Positions 36,421 through 50,817 of a stretch of DNA of 64,000 nucleotides are shown in pieces. The first letter of the stretch is position 1, and each line of letters opens with the position of its first letter. Made by a program: the position numbers and the translations under genes. Below the pieces are notes generated by a model. That model was given only the letters and a program-made list of their open reading frames with translations, was not told the DNA's origin and did no database searches. The stretch is from Strigamia acuminata (taxonomy: Eukaryota), in NCBI GenBank assembly GCA_949358305.1, contig OX442314.1:20894001-20958000 (forward strand), read 5' to 3'.

Positions 36421-37889
36421 GCCATTACTGTTATTTGTTTCAATAAAAGATTTGTTCGATTATTTCTCTTGCTCTTGGGAGTTTTCTTACATTACAAGTT
36501 AAGCCAATTTATCCACTTTTTTCATTACACATAGCACTGATTTATTATTATCCTTACATCGTCTCTCTTCGACAAGGGCCGTAGACAAAACCATTAGCGA
36601 ACCAATTGAACCCAATCGAGCCCCTTGCCTCCGTAGGCCCCCCTTTGTGGTATGTGCCAAGCAAAAAGAGAAAGAAAAAAACTACAAAACTCCAGACAAT
36701 CTCCTAAATTCTAAAACACTTGTGTTTCCGAAAACAATATTGTGTTTAAAACATCTTCAGCTGTAATGTGAGCTTTTCTTGACTTCCAACTAATGCACAA
36801 ATGTCTCTGAAAAATATTACTGCTTCAACTGGTGCCCGTGTCAGTAAAAAATGTTTTTAGCTTGTGATTTAGATGAAACAATACCTCTTTTCCGAAGATA
36901 GGAAAAACAAATCAATACTTAAGATGAATTAAAGTAATAAATTCATTCTGTTTGATTATTTCAGCACTTCTGAGTTTGTAGATAAGCTACTGGCGCTGTC
37001 TAAACTGTTATCGCTGTCCATCGACAATGGAAAATGTTTTCGGACATAATTTTGAGCCTAATTTCAAGATATCAGCCATTTTGTTCTCCGCTTCAACCCA
37101 ATTAAGTCGCACGATTTCTCTAATCTGTCTGTGTATTTATTCAAGCGTTTGTGGCATTTGTGTTGTTAGAATTGATTTTGAACTTTTGTTAAACATAATT
37201 ACTAACGCTTACTAGTGGTAGGGGGTTGGGTCATTCCAACTTTGGCAACTGTTTTGGAAATATAAAACACAATACAATCAGTAACTAGCAAACACCGTTT
37301 GTTATTATTATTATCATTTTTTATAAATTAATTTCTAGTTTCAATAAAACGTTCCAAAAACATTCAACCAAACTACTACTTCTATAAATAAAACTCAACT
37401 GCTCAATAGGTTGCAGCAAACCATCTCAAATTGGTCAATTTGATTAAAATAGCAATCAAAATTATCCTATCTATTGTTATATTAGAATCAAGATAAATTG
37501 TGATTGCCTTTATCCCCAACAAGGGAGTCAACATTTAGATTGTTGGAGTAATATTGACATAGTTGGCAATATACTAATTGTTTTCGCAAACTCAATAGTC
37601 AATAATATGGCAAGTCATTCTCTCTTATCTTTCATACATTATATTTATAAGTCCTATAGCAAAATCCATATTCATTTTCATATACGTACTTATTTAAATG
37701 AGGAAAAATTTGCTATGTTATCACCAAACTTTATATCAGCATTCAGCAAAAACACTTTAAAAAAAAATTACATTAATCATTCTTAAGTAAGTTTTTGATC
37801 AGTGTGCAAAGTGTTTGTTTAGCTTCCCCATCCACAAAACAAATAAAAACATTTTACCAAGCCCATGACATATTTTACTATCAAGAATC

Positions 37890-38045
37890 AAAACAACAAA
37901 AGCAGAAACTAATTATTTAAAATAACAAAAGCGGAAACTAATTACTTAAAATAACAAAAGCGGAAACTAATTACTTAAAATAATAAAAACAGAAACTTTT
38001 AATTTAAAACAACAAAAAGGCATACTACTAATTTAAAACAACACC
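37890..38045 (+). repeat. 29-bp tandem repeat (~5 copies)
   Basis: Unit AAAATAACAAAAGCGGAAACTAATTACTT, degrading to the right. Confidence 0.85.
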
Positions 38046-39707
38046 AACAAAACCTATTTTATCCATAGAAAAACGATTTATGGCAAATGTGTGTTCTCCA
38101 CCTCTTCTAGCACCTGGTTACCAGAAAGAAAAAAAACCACTTTAACACAAAGTAAAGCAAAGTGAATTCTGATATTCCATTAATCATTTTGAATAACCGA
38201 ACAGTCTGCCTAAGTCAATTAAACAACAAAACACGATTAATCATGGTTAACTGCGATACTAAACTATCAATTTCATGTGTCAAATGATTTAACTTCTTAA
38301 AATTGTCATTTTCCCCCTGTAATTTAAGAAAACATTGAAATTCGTTTATACCAAACAACAGTCCATTTAGCTAAACCTCCTTTTTCTTGGAACTAAGCGC
38401 TTCAGACACGAAAATAATACTGCTCATCTACTGGCGTCACAGCATTTCCATGGCTACCCCTAACAATCTAGTCCGCACAGCATGATTTAGATTTAGATTC
38501 TCATTGCATTCGTTGTCAAGTGCATCTAGAGACACGTGAGGCAGAAACCAAAACTGTAATTATATCAAGCTTCATGTGCAGGTAACAAGCCGCATGATAG
38601 GATACAATTTTCTTCTGCTCCATCATTTTTTCACTCCCAACCGACAGTGCACTCGAACCACTTTTTCAACATCAAAGATTTTGTCAACCAATTCCTTCTT
38701 TTAAATGAAAGAGCATCCTTGATTTCATTCAAACTTCTACACCCTAAAAGCGCCATAAAACCTTACAAATCCCAGCAGAAAAAAAAGCTTAAAGCTTGCT
38801 CTTTAAATTCAATACCACCATAAAATTCGTGCTTTCATTCAATACTCGTTTTCCATAAACTTTATTGCATTTAATCAAGCAGACATCACTTGAGTAAAAC
38901 CCATGCTCAAATCAATCATCACAGTAGTAAACAACAATTTCCTACTTCTTTCCCAGAAAGCATTAAACTGAAGCAGATACTTAAGTTCCCCAGAGATAAT
39001 GTCTCTCCACTGACCTTCCACGAGCTGACCTGCCCCGGCTCATTCTTTAATTATAGAATTGTTGGTCGCCACAACAAATAAGTTCTAAAATGTATGAATT
39101 TTACAACAAATTTAATGTGCACAACAAAAGCCCTTTAAAAAAAAGCAATTAGTTGCAATTGCTTTCTTCAGGTCTACTTAGTTCCTGCTTTGAGTGACCT
39201 TAAAACAATGTCATTAGAGTTTTATGTCAAAACAAACACACTGAATTTAGATAGGTCATTTGGGGGGTGCCTTCGAGTAATTCTGAGTTTATCTCTCCTA
39301 GTTCGGTCAATAATTCAAAAATAAATAAATAAATGGCAATAAATTCCAATTCAAATTTATTCAAATAATAAAATAATAAAAAAAAGTCCTTTCTGCATTG
39401 AATAATCTGTCAAGCAGACATCGACTTAACTTTAAATAAATAAATAGAAACCTCGAAATTTCGTTTTTAAGAAGTAACCAATATTGCGAGCGAAATAAAA
39501 TAGCTTGTTTTGTTTGTTTTCCAAAGCTATTTTTAGCAGTAATATTGACAGGTTAAAACCTGTAAAGATCAACTGCGTTACTGTGACATCACCAATGGGT
39601 TGAATTTAGAAAAATGAAAAGAAAAAAAAACCACCCATAAATCAATAGTAAACTCAAAAAAGTACAACGACCTTTCCAACAAATATATTTCAATTAAAAA
39701 ACTGTTT

Positions 39708-39746
<39 letters not shown>

Positions 39747-41017
39747 GAAAAAAATATTCAATTTTAAATGCAATCTCCCGGTAGACTTGATTATTTTTTA
39801 TTCTTCACGTTTAAAGCTATATTTTGAATATCGATTAAGGACTTTGGATTTGGGTCTTTTTTCAACACTTCTGAATAATCAAAGACCGAATGATAGGTTA
39901 TAGGCATTCCTCAAGTAAGCCACAGATTATAGTGTGTAATTGCACAATTTTCATTTTTGCACACGTACCAAACCAAATCAGATTCAGGTTCCGCGAATAA
40001 CGTGTTTATTACCAATTAAAAAAACGGATCTTTTTGTTAAATATGACATTAAGGAACCAATCACAAATATGATCCAATCAACGTCAAATTATATCAATGT
40101 CTTCTTTTTAATCCCTGCCTTATTGGATTCGATTTATCGCAAGATTGCGCATGCGATTCTTCGAAAAATAAGATTGTCGGACGCGGTAGGTGGCGCGACA
40201 GCCACAAGCACAACGATTTAGGTTTAAACATAGACAAATTTTTTTCCTGCCGACCCTGAGCTGGGAGAGGCAAAAATCTAATTAAAATGTGGCTGTCGCG
40301 CCAGTTACGCGGCCCCATGATTGCGCGAGATCAGGTGCGAGACAAGATTACGAAAGATCCCCACAAAGAACGGACGCTAGACTCGTTTTCACATAAATCT
40401 CCTTTCGGTCATTTTAGGTGCTAACTTTTCAGTGCCATGTTCGTTTTCTTATCAATACCACACTAAATTTTATGATGCATAAACACAGGTTTCTCAGATA
40501 TTTTGCAGTAACAGATTGCACCGTCATTAAGTTTCCTGGATGTAATAAAATTCCGCAACCATCCCAATTTTAACTGACGATTAAAATTCAAGGTACTGGG
40601 TAAAGCAAAATATCTTCCAATAGAACTCATATAGCCATACAAGTATTTCACCTTCAAAGTTTAGATTAAACGCAATAGTTAAAAACAAAACTTTTGGCAA
40701 ATAAAATGAAAATAGCAGAACTAGTAAACAGCTCTTGGCAATGTAATATATTGCTAAAAGTTTGCCACCATTAGATTCTTTGTGTTGCGTGTTTACTTCC
40801 AATAGCTTTTCGACCTCTGCGAATAGAATTGAGTGGTTCCCCCAACTCACTGGTAGTGATCTCAATGTTTACCGAGTCAGACAAATTGCAAACAACAAAA
40901 ATATTTCAGCAAAATAGCTTTACATCTACCGTAAATGATGGCACTATCGGCTATTGCCCAACTTAGAACTGTATACGGCACATCAATAACCCCCTCTCTT
41001 TTAAGAATCTGCACCGT

Positions 41018-41130
41018 GGAACTGCCCTGGCCTAACTCGATCTTAAATGGCGCAACGTTGACAAGATTCCTAAGCCATCCCTTGATATGAGAGACATGGT
41101 CCGTGGCGCCACAATCCACAATCCACTCAT
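41018..41130 (-). pseudogene. Copia-type aspartic protease fragment
   Basis: EWIVDCGATDHVSHIKGWLRNL...IELGQG matches the copia W..DSGA(T/S).H motif and downstream pattern. No LTRs found. Confidence 0.65.
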
Positions 41131-41269
41131 GAGCGTGCATAAAGTTGGCGATCAACTTTCATGAGGCCCCAACTTGCATTCCCACTGACATCCGGGAAGC
41201 CGCAAAGAACCCAGTTTAGAAGGATGGTAGATTTTCTTGCGAGTGAAACAGTACCCAAGTCAAACAATT

Positions 41270-41372
41270 GGGATTCCCAGCAGGTCACCCATCCAAATAC
41301 TAACCAGGCCTTATGCTGGTTAACTTCTGTGTTCTAATGGAAACAGGTGATCAGCACGGTGTGCGGTTCCTA
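41270..41372 (-). pseudogene. 5S rRNA-derived segment (pseudogene or SINE3 head)
   Basis: Minus strand reads GAAGTTAACCAGCATAAGGCCTGGTTAGTATTTGGATGGGTGACCTGCTGGGAATCCC, recognisably the 5S internal control region. The 5' part is diverged and the canonical 3' end is missing. Confidence 0.8.
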
Positions 41373-41746
41373 TCCCTTTCTCTAACATCTGTTACGGTCA
41401 TTGCCGAAACGACTGACAGCAGCCTCGCTCACTTTAGTTGCTTCACTAAGTGCCGCTTACAAGAAAGTGGGTAATGAGCTAGTTTGTTTGTTATGATTTA
41501 TTTCAGTTTTTAGCCATTTGCGAATCATTTTGGGCAAAATTATCATTTCATAAAACTAACACAACGAAGAGTTAATTTAAAATGAATTGAATAATCTATC
41601 CTAAACTTCGACATTTTAATCCAGTCATATCACAAATGTTTGAGAACAAAATATACAGTGGACTACCGGTATTCAACCAAACAATTTAGACGCAGTTTTC
41701 AATTAAAAATCTATAATTCCTTAATTATCCTTATCTACCACCTAAG

Positions 41747-41748
41747 AA

Positions 41749-41799
<51 letters not shown>

Positions 41800-41800
41800 A
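41747..41800 (+). repeat. (TAAA)n microsatellite
   Basis: About 13 perfect copies. Other simple repeats: (TAT)n ~6175, poly-T ~20483, (CAA)n ~22333, poly-A ~23780 and ~63256, (TAA)n ~39712. Confidence 0.95.
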
Positions 41801-44633
41801 AACTATCATTGTTCCATCACGGTTTCACCCTAATACTTTCCACAAACTTCACAAACCAATAAAAATCACAAATTTAATCCAATACTCGCCAACAACTTCC
41901 TAAACAACACAAGCATCCAAAAGGTACACATTAAAGAGATTAAAACCAGATAAAACTAACTAAATCCCACGTTATGTTTCATTTTATATCCACGTAAATG
42001 CTCAACTAAATATTTTCCAAGTGTGAATATAAATACACTGCTATTACTAACACTTCATCTTCATTTACCACAATCACTGCCATTACAACAGCCACCACAC
42101 ACCGTATCCCATTTCTTCCACAGACCACTTCCGACATCCCACTACAGCACCTCAACGCTAAACTTTATCTTAAAATTACTTCCCCATATTAAATTCCCAA
42201 TTCCATATTGAATTCCCATTTATCTCCCCCAACCCCTTTTTTCCAAGACATTACCCCAAAAAACACTAAATTCTCCACTTGTCGGTCATTACACTTAAAA
42301 AAAAACTATTCACTACTTTAAAACTAATTAAAATCGTTTAATTTTCATGTCAGTTCCACATAGGAGTCATTAGGCACCATTTAATACCTGAATTTACACT
42401 TTCACCTGTATCTGTTCATTATTAACCAAAATTATATAAATAATATAAAATTTTATTACAAAAACAATGCCTACCTTTTATTAATTCCAATGAAACAAAA
42501 CACGACCAGACAATAAAAAAAAAGTTCTTTTCTTTCTTTCTTTTCCACTTCAGTTCTCACAACCAGCTTGTACAGTTCAAAAGACGCCCAGGGACCAAGT
42601 CAGGTGAGAACATTCCATCGATTATCAACAATACGAAATTAGCAATAAAAACAAAATGCTCACATTCTTCGCCTCTCTTTACACCATCATTTCACTTAGA
42701 CCATGTTCTTTTTGTTTTTTTAAATCACCGCCTTCAGTTACAAACATGGCATCATTACTTCAACACTTAACAACATTTCAACAATCCTTCTGGCTAACTT
42801 CAACCCAATCAAATTGTTGCGTTTCCACACGATGTCGACCAATCAGCACAGCAATTAACGGAAGAAAAAAAAAGTGTTAAGTTTTCACTTCCTCGATAAA
42901 AACAAATATGTTTAGTCACTGTTTTGCATGTCCGACGTGTTTTTTCGTTCAATTACGTCATGACAGCCAGCATTCGGCTTGTAAAATGGTGTGTCAAGTC
43001 TCACCTATGAAAAAGCGAGTTAGATGTGCTCGTCGCTAACCATCCGCCACCGCCAAGAACGCAGCTTCATCTGCGGGGAGGTGATACGTAGGTTTCCGTT
43101 AGGCGAGAGACGGACTCGACCACATGGCAAGGGTAGAAGCGGCTTCAATCTTACACTGAGCCTTGTTTACACTCATTCATCAATGCGGGGCACGGATTGG
43201 TTGCTCTGTTGTCAAGGTAACGATACATCTCCACGGCAACGGCGCTCTTGTGATGTCATCCGCGAGATGGGGGTGTTCCTGTGTTCTTACGCAACAGCAA
43301 AAGGTAAGGATTTATCTCTTCCGTTGTGATTAATTTCACACATCTGAACAACTTTTAAATGTCTTTTTTTTTATTTTTTTTTATTTTTTATTTTATTTAT
43401 TTCCTGTTTGAATTTGTGTGTAAAAGGTTTCATTAATATTGAATGTGCATGCGACTGTTTCATTTCATTTTCACATGCCAAATGATTATGACAGGCTATC
43501 CGGCTACGGTGTTGTTGTTTATTTCTATCTTGAAATTTTAATTTCTATTGAATTTCTGTCCCATTTAAATGAATAAAATTGGTAAAATTAAAAAATTAAG
43601 AAAATTTCCATTTTGAGCTAAATTTAATTATTTGACAAGTTTTGAATGCATCAAGTGATACAAAGTAAGATGTTTGTAATTTAAAAAAAGGGATTGTTTA
43701 TATATCCAGTTATACAATCCATAAAAAATCCGAGCTACTATTTTTATCTACCTAAACTGTTACCACTAGACCAGCAACCAGTTGTTCCTCCTTCTCCATC
43801 CTCCAATTTATAGTAAATCTGCAAACCTTCGATTTATGTTACAAAACAGGGTCAGACACGTGTCAAAAACATGTACACTTTATTTTCTTTCCCAAATTGA
43901 ATTTTTGTGTGCTTAAATCCTATTGGATCACTCTAAAACTATTTCCAAATGGATTTTATAGACTCCGATTCCATTATTACGCTACACAGTCTCCATTGCT
44001 CAAGTTCTAGAAGATTTTTCCAACATTATTTCCAAAAAAAAATTATATGTACTTTCAATCAGCGCCTTTTGTCCCCTGTGAGTCTTTTGGCGGGAGAATT
44101 TGGTAGTTTTTACGCCAGCACTTTAAGAAGTGCTCAGCGAAAAGAAATTTATACACGAGGAAAGTGTTAGATCTCCTTTCTCACTTATAAATTTGTTATT
44201 ACAACAAAATTGTCTAGAAATAATGTTAAAAAGACAAATGGTAACTAACAAGATGAAAAATTCATGCCGACTGAAAGTAACTGTTCAGATCCAGAAAATC
44301 AGTGAGTTACTTTAGCGACACATACCACCAATGGCATAGTAGAACTGCAGGTATAGTTGAGACAACCAAGCATAAGCGTCATTACCATTAAAATTTAACA
44401 AAAAATTAGCTAATAGCATAGAACCATTTCATAACCATTAATTTACTACACAGTATAAACCATAATAAAACATCCACCTGCTGCCAGTTTTTGCATTTAT
44501 TCAGATCAAATAATAACTACCAAACAACCTTTTGTTGCCATAGTAACAGTAATATTGTACACAATGGTGAAGATTATGTTCTTAGAAAAATAACCCACCA
44601 AAATTAAATAGGTATGACAGAAATGGAAAAATA

Positions 44634-44903
44634 CCGTATTTTATCGATTAAGAGTCGCCCTCGAATTGTATCCGCCCTCGAATAGTAGCTGCGGCTGAGA
44701 CACCAAGAATACCGTATTTTTGGAAAAGTACGGTATTGTTTCCATATTTAACCTCACGAACGATGAACGTACGCTTCGTTCGTGACGTTCAGACTTCATT
44801 TGTTACATTAAACAAATGTAACAAACGAAAAACCGAAATTGTAATTGCTAACAAAAATGGGAGTTTTAAATAAGAGCTTTGGCTCTTAATCGATAAAATA
44901 CGG
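44634..44903. mobile_element. MITE family C (TA|CCGTA-ended, Tc1/mariner-pogo type)
   Basis: Perfect TIR CCGTATTTTATCGATTAAGAG / CTCTTAATCGATAAAATACGG with TA on both flanks. Confidence 0.85.
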
Positions 44904-45019
44904 TACTCGAAATTCTATGCAATAAAGTTAAACACTGACTGTGAGAGATGATTAAACATCCGTTTAGGCTAAATACAAATACAAGAGTGCCAAGATACAT
45001 AAAGGTAACCACAAGGTAA

Positions 45020-46050
45020 CGTTCGGGTCGGATCACTTCATCGAATTCTTAATTCTTTAATTTCGGGAAAATGGTAGGTTTATGTTTCGTTAGGTCAGGT
45101 CAAGTTAGGTCAGGTCAGGTTAGGATATTGGTTTTTCTGTTTGTTTTTAGACTTCTAAACCTGATGTTTAGAAAGTCTAATGAAACGGCTCTGTCTGTCT
45201 TCAACGTCCGGTCACGTGACCTGATTGTAATGTTTCTACTTCCGGTACTTCCGGTTTGTGTAATATCCCAAAAAAATGAATTAAAAAATTAATCAGACAA
45301 TTAGAAAGTAGACTTTTCCAGTGCAGTTTTTGGTCTACTACTAATGGAAACAGCGCCACCTGGCGGATCCCGTAAGCTACAATGGAGGCAGAAATCTTCG
45401 TCGCGAACTGAAAAATGCTGTTTTCTATCTCGAAATGAGATTTCTAAATTTTGAAACCAGTCTCATTCGACTGGAAATCCAAATCTGCACCTGCCTGTAT
45501 CTTTTATTTTTCAATTTGGTCAAGAAAAAGTACCGTTACGATCCACCAAAGTCGGCGACCACATGGCAAATTTGGTGGGAAATTTAAAAAAAGACTGATT
45601 TTTAAAACTGAACAATTTTAATGATTAAATAAGGTTTCCTACGTGTAATTTGGCGCTGAAAACGATGGCGTCATTAGTTTTTGGATCAAATATAGTTATA
45701 AAGGCGAAAAAAGCAAATTACGGCAAAATTTAAGTAAACCGGAGCGCCACCTGACGGAAGCCGTGACCGAAACGTAATGTAATGTAATGAAAATTGGACA
45801 AATGGAAGGGAAATTTGAAAAAAAAAAATATTTTAAAAGATTGAAGAAAAGTGTAGAAAAGGTTTAGAAGTCTAATATGTAATGCTTCCCTGCATTACAA
45901 ATCCCTGCTTGTTTTATTTTTTTTTTTGGTTTTTTGGTTTTTCTTTAATGTACCGCTTCATCGAATTTTTTGTAAATAATGGTAGGTTTCATCGAAAAAA
46001 AAAACAATTTGATGAAACGGGATTCGATGAAGTGACCCGACTTCCCGAAC
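45020..46050. mobile_element. Possible non-autonomous TIR element with AGGT(C/T) microsatellite
   Basis: GTCGGATCACTTCATCGAAT at left, ATTCGATGAAGTGACCCGAC at right, and an (AGGTC/AGGTT)n run near 45092-45125. No clear TSD. Confidence 0.5.
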
Positions 46051-49000
46051 CAAATATCGGCCGATATTGAACAGTAGAAAATGCTACCAGAAGGGAAATC
46101 AATACAGCCCTGTAAGGTGTACAATATACAATTCTGACAATTCCAATTGGTCAAAATTTTATTGGGATTTTCAGTATTTGTAGATCAGCTTTCCACCCAG
46201 TTAAAAAATATATATTTCAGGCATGCTTGAGTGATGCAATCTCTTTTTGCACGTTGACAACATCCTTCCCGATGAAGAGTGAATAAATATTTTTAACTTC
46301 TTACACATGTCTAAAATGGGTGCAGTTTCAGGACACAAATAAATAAAAATCCTTTATGCAAATCCTTTCAGATAAAATATTTTATAACGTCTACACTTCA
46401 CCATTTTTACTCACCAGTTCATTCATGCATGATGGAAATTCAACACAACCTCCATCCTAAATTGCAAAACAACTTTTTCAAACATAAAAACCTTAATGCA
46501 ATCTCGAAAACACAATCCTCAACCAAAAAAACCCATAACCCTAAAAGAAAAACTAATTAAAACCCAAGTAATAAAAATTGCAAAAAAACATAAAAATTTT
46601 AGCCCACGCTTCTTTTCAATTTTCTTCGCCAATATCTAACTATCATTAAACAATTTTACAATCACATGTAAACCCTTAATCGCACATATTTCCACAAAAA
46701 CTATTAAAAAGCCACTACTGCCATTAACAATTAGCAATTCTAAAACTTTCAGTCATCCTTTGCTAATGAATTTCACATAATTCTAAAATTATAGTTTATT
46801 GCATCAAATACGCAAGAGAGGAAAAACAAGTTCCAATTTTCTATTATTAAAAATTGTCATGCTTGTCCAAGAGGAAAAGATGACTCCAATGTTAATTAAA
46901 TCTCAAGGTTATTAGCGTATGTGAAACAAATTCCTATTGCAGGTTTCATTCCCTTTATTAAACTCAGAAAACTCCAAATTGTAATGGAATCAATCGACTA
47001 TCAAATAACACATTATTTAAAAAAATGTCCAAAAAAAAAATCCAATTATTATAAATCTAATAATTCGGTGCCTGAGGTTGACCAGTAGCTTAGTTGTTGT
47101 TGCTAGTGGGTTTTAGAAGCCATAATTCATTTTGTCTGAAGCACTTAGCAAATGTTTTGTCATTTTATAATTAATCTTAAATTTCCAGTGAACCCAATTT
47201 GAATACATCGTCCAGTATTTTTGTAAATAAATTTGCCAATAAATTAAGCAGATTGAATGGTTGTTTCTGCTGACAGAACCGAACCAGCGTGAATTCAAGG
47301 GCGGCAGTAATTAAAGGTCGGTCTCATTTGCACAGTTATGTGCGAAAATAAGCGTTACAAAAATGTCATTGCGATCAATTTTCCAGGACTGGCTAGCAAA
47401 GCACAGACGCAATACGTTTCCTGACCTGCTTCACCGATAGCTTATTGGAGATTGGCTTTAGGTGCGGCTGCAGACTACAAGTTTGTTGACTAGACATTTT
47501 GTGGCACAAAGTGACTAATAAAATTTGGTTACAAATCTAAAACGGAAATAAAATGCCAATCAGTACAGCAATAGCCGAGTAACGAGTTACTTTTATTGGC
47601 TAACGGTAATAAAGTTAGAGGAAAAAGAAACCTTCCTACGATTCGCAGTTCCTCCGCTATTGATCAATAAAGAATTATTTTAACTCAAAATAATTATCTA
47701 ATTATTTTTCTTACACAATAAATAAAAATAGTGGTGTAAAATTTTACATTTACACTAGTTTAAAAAATATAAACGAGTTTAAATGAATGAATGCGCCTAG
47801 TGGAGTTTGGTTGAAATATATTCCAAGAACTTGTAAGAAAAATCAAACTTCAATTCAACAAATTCATACATAAAAAAGTTATGAAATGTAGCTCGAGCTG
47901 TGGTCTAAACTTCTTCCATTTTGATATTTCGCAATGCCTATTCTAAGCATGTCTTACCAAATTCGATTTTTCATTTCTCCAAATGTAATTTGATAAAGAA
48001 ATCATGTATTTTTTCACCTCTGATCTCCTTTGTCATTTTTCATCTAACCAAAAAAAATCAGATTTTTTTTCCCCCCTATACTTTCACTTCCTCCTCGCTT
48101 TCACACAAAACTAAAACCATGACAGACCAATTCAACCCAGAAAACAAATCAAATTCAATAGAGCACAAAAAAATTCATACAACACCGGATTTCATTTTTC
48201 TCCAACTGTCAAAATCATGCTCAACAATAAGCTGTGACCTTTCCCATTCTAAACCCATTCCTTAATACGAATCTCCCATACCAATTTCACCATCACAGCA
48301 ACACCAAAACAGATAAACAAGCTTTCTTCAACCACAAAATTCTACCAAACAATATTATTACAACATTATACAAACAAAGGAAGTCAAAGGCTTCAAAATA
48401 ATTACATCGAAAATAGAAAACAAACTCGTTATCGCTTAACTTGACGACGTCACTGGGTTATAAAAAGAAATTGAAAAGATCTAAATCCTACACACAAACA
48501 TAACCTCAACAGCTGTTGCAATTCCAGCTACAAATAGAACAATCCCATTCATTTAGGAAGTACACCCCCTTCGACCAACAACATTAAATTAAGTCTAAAA
48601 CCCTTTTACATCCACTAAACTCGTCCAGTCCGTTAATTAAATGTTAAAACGGACATACTGTATTCTAATGTGTCTTCTCCGTTTTGATCTTTTCTGATCT
48701 TTCTTTTTTTAACCAGTCATTTACAAACAATGCGAATTCTTTGCCTTTGTTTGGATTGTTTGTGTAGAGCTTTACAAATTTTCCATTAGCGGGCATGGCT
48801 CGGCTGGCTTTTCAAGCATGAATGGGGTTTCTTACAGGTTTTCTGCGCCTCACCTTTGACATTACCGCAAGTTAATATAAAACAACAATGTGGCCAAATC
48901 AATAACCAGAAATCTGGCCTCATATTGTCCACTTCAATTATCGGCTAAAACGTCAAGATCTATTTTCAACTTAATACAATTCTTCAGATAAAATCCAATA

Positions 49001-50817
49001 AACGCCCGAAAATCAAATAATAACAAAACTAAATGGATCAAACTGGCAATTTTCAGTTTATTTTCTATTTTCCCTCATCTTGGCAGTGATTTTCTTCCAG
49101 CCATAAATCAAATTCTCATTAAAACAATTTTTCAAAATAGAGAAAGAATTATGGTGATTGTTTCAATACCTCAATACTCTGTTCTGAAAAACGTGACAAC
49201 AAACACTTGCTCCGTGAAGCTCCAGTGGTCCATAGGGGCAAATGAAGAGTCCGGAAGAAACGTCTCCATACGACTGCTTTCGTTTTAACCACATATTTGC
49301 ATTCCTCTATTTGCCGGGTTCCAAGGTGCTGAGTTTGCCATTCGCGCTTCAAAATGGGAGTATAAGACACGAATACAAATCTATGGTTAGAAAGAAAGCG
49401 ATCGTTTTCTACACCCGTTATTCGGCCCTTCATTTGGCCCTAAATAACCCGCCGATGTAGAATATACCTACGTCAGGCACGTGTTGAGTTGTACTTCGAA
49501 AAAATATAAACTCGGCTTTTCATTCGTATTACTGCATCATTAAGTTTAATCCCCAACGCAAATGAATGTTTTTCTAATTAAAATATAGTAAAATTCTTCA
49601 AGTTGAAGCATTAATACGGTAGCATATGTTATACATTAATAACGTTTCACAGGCACAAAATTGACTCGACAACGTTGCACAAACGCACACGAAATAACCC
49701 AAAATGACAACAACAAAATCAATTCGAGTAATCTCGACTCGAAGCATTAACTAAATTGATTCCCATCACTTTCGTGATTTTTATTACCAGTATATTTAAA
49801 AAAATAAAAATAAAAATAAAAATCCGTCTACTGTAGAAATTAATAAAAATCCAATCCCCTAAATTAGATTTTGTCTAAAGGAAACTCAATTTGTCACTTT
49901 ACAGATGTTTCATTAATCACTTACTAAACTACAAAACAGCTTTCATTTAATATCACTCACAAAAATTATACTCTAATCTATTTAGGTAGCTTACAATCGA
50001 TTTTTAATAAAAATGCCGACATTTTTTCAAAAGTTTACTGATTTAAGTTAAAGGGCCCACGACATTTAGAGCAACTCTGCCGTTGGACATCCACTAAATT
50101 GCAATGCCGTAATTTTTGGCACAAAGTTGCTCTAATGGCTAAATTTATATTACAAATTTTCTAAATTTTATTAAGTTATAAATTGAGAAAATTAACGCGG
50201 GTAAATTAAAAAAACGGTTCTACAATCGCTTCATTACATACTTTATCTTCCAAAATAATTACCCAGCCTTGTCAACTTTGTAAATCATAATTAATACGAA
50301 GCCTTAATTCTCCCGCCCCCATCTGCAGCGTTTTATCAACAAAATCTCCGGATTAGTCTTAAAATGTGCAAACAAAATTTCAAACTTTTAAATACCCAAT
50401 TTGTATTACAAATCTACATTTAAAGTCTTAATTTAGGCAACAGACGATAGAGAAGATTGTCAGATGAACGAAGCAAATATTGTTTCAGGTGTTAATCCTC
50501 AATATTATCTAGTTTAGCTTATTACATTCGACACTTTGAAGTATTCAGCTGTCATCTCTATTAATATCTAAACCTCATTTACAAACTCACTCCTTTTCTC
50601 CACCAGATGGCTTAGTTTAGTTCAATTAAAATACACCATCTGTTATAAATTCATCGCATCTTTCAATAGAACGTCTATTTTAAATTAAACAACTTGGCAG
50701 TATTCATACACACTGCCCTTTGGTGTGTGCTCTGCGTGATCCAGACGTATGATGGGCCCTAAAAAATTGTCCGGTCCGGAAAAATTTCATACAGTATGTC
50801 CGGATGAGAGAGTATTA

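Noticed and set aside
43024..43329. 101-aa plus-strand ORF
   Set aside because: No recognisable domain. It is explained by locally higher GC and runs through a probable splice donor.
49150..49240. MDHWSFTEQVFVVTFF on the minus strand, faintly like the N-terminus of rosa-type transposases
   Set aside because: Too short, interrupted, and no TIRs or downstream motifs found.
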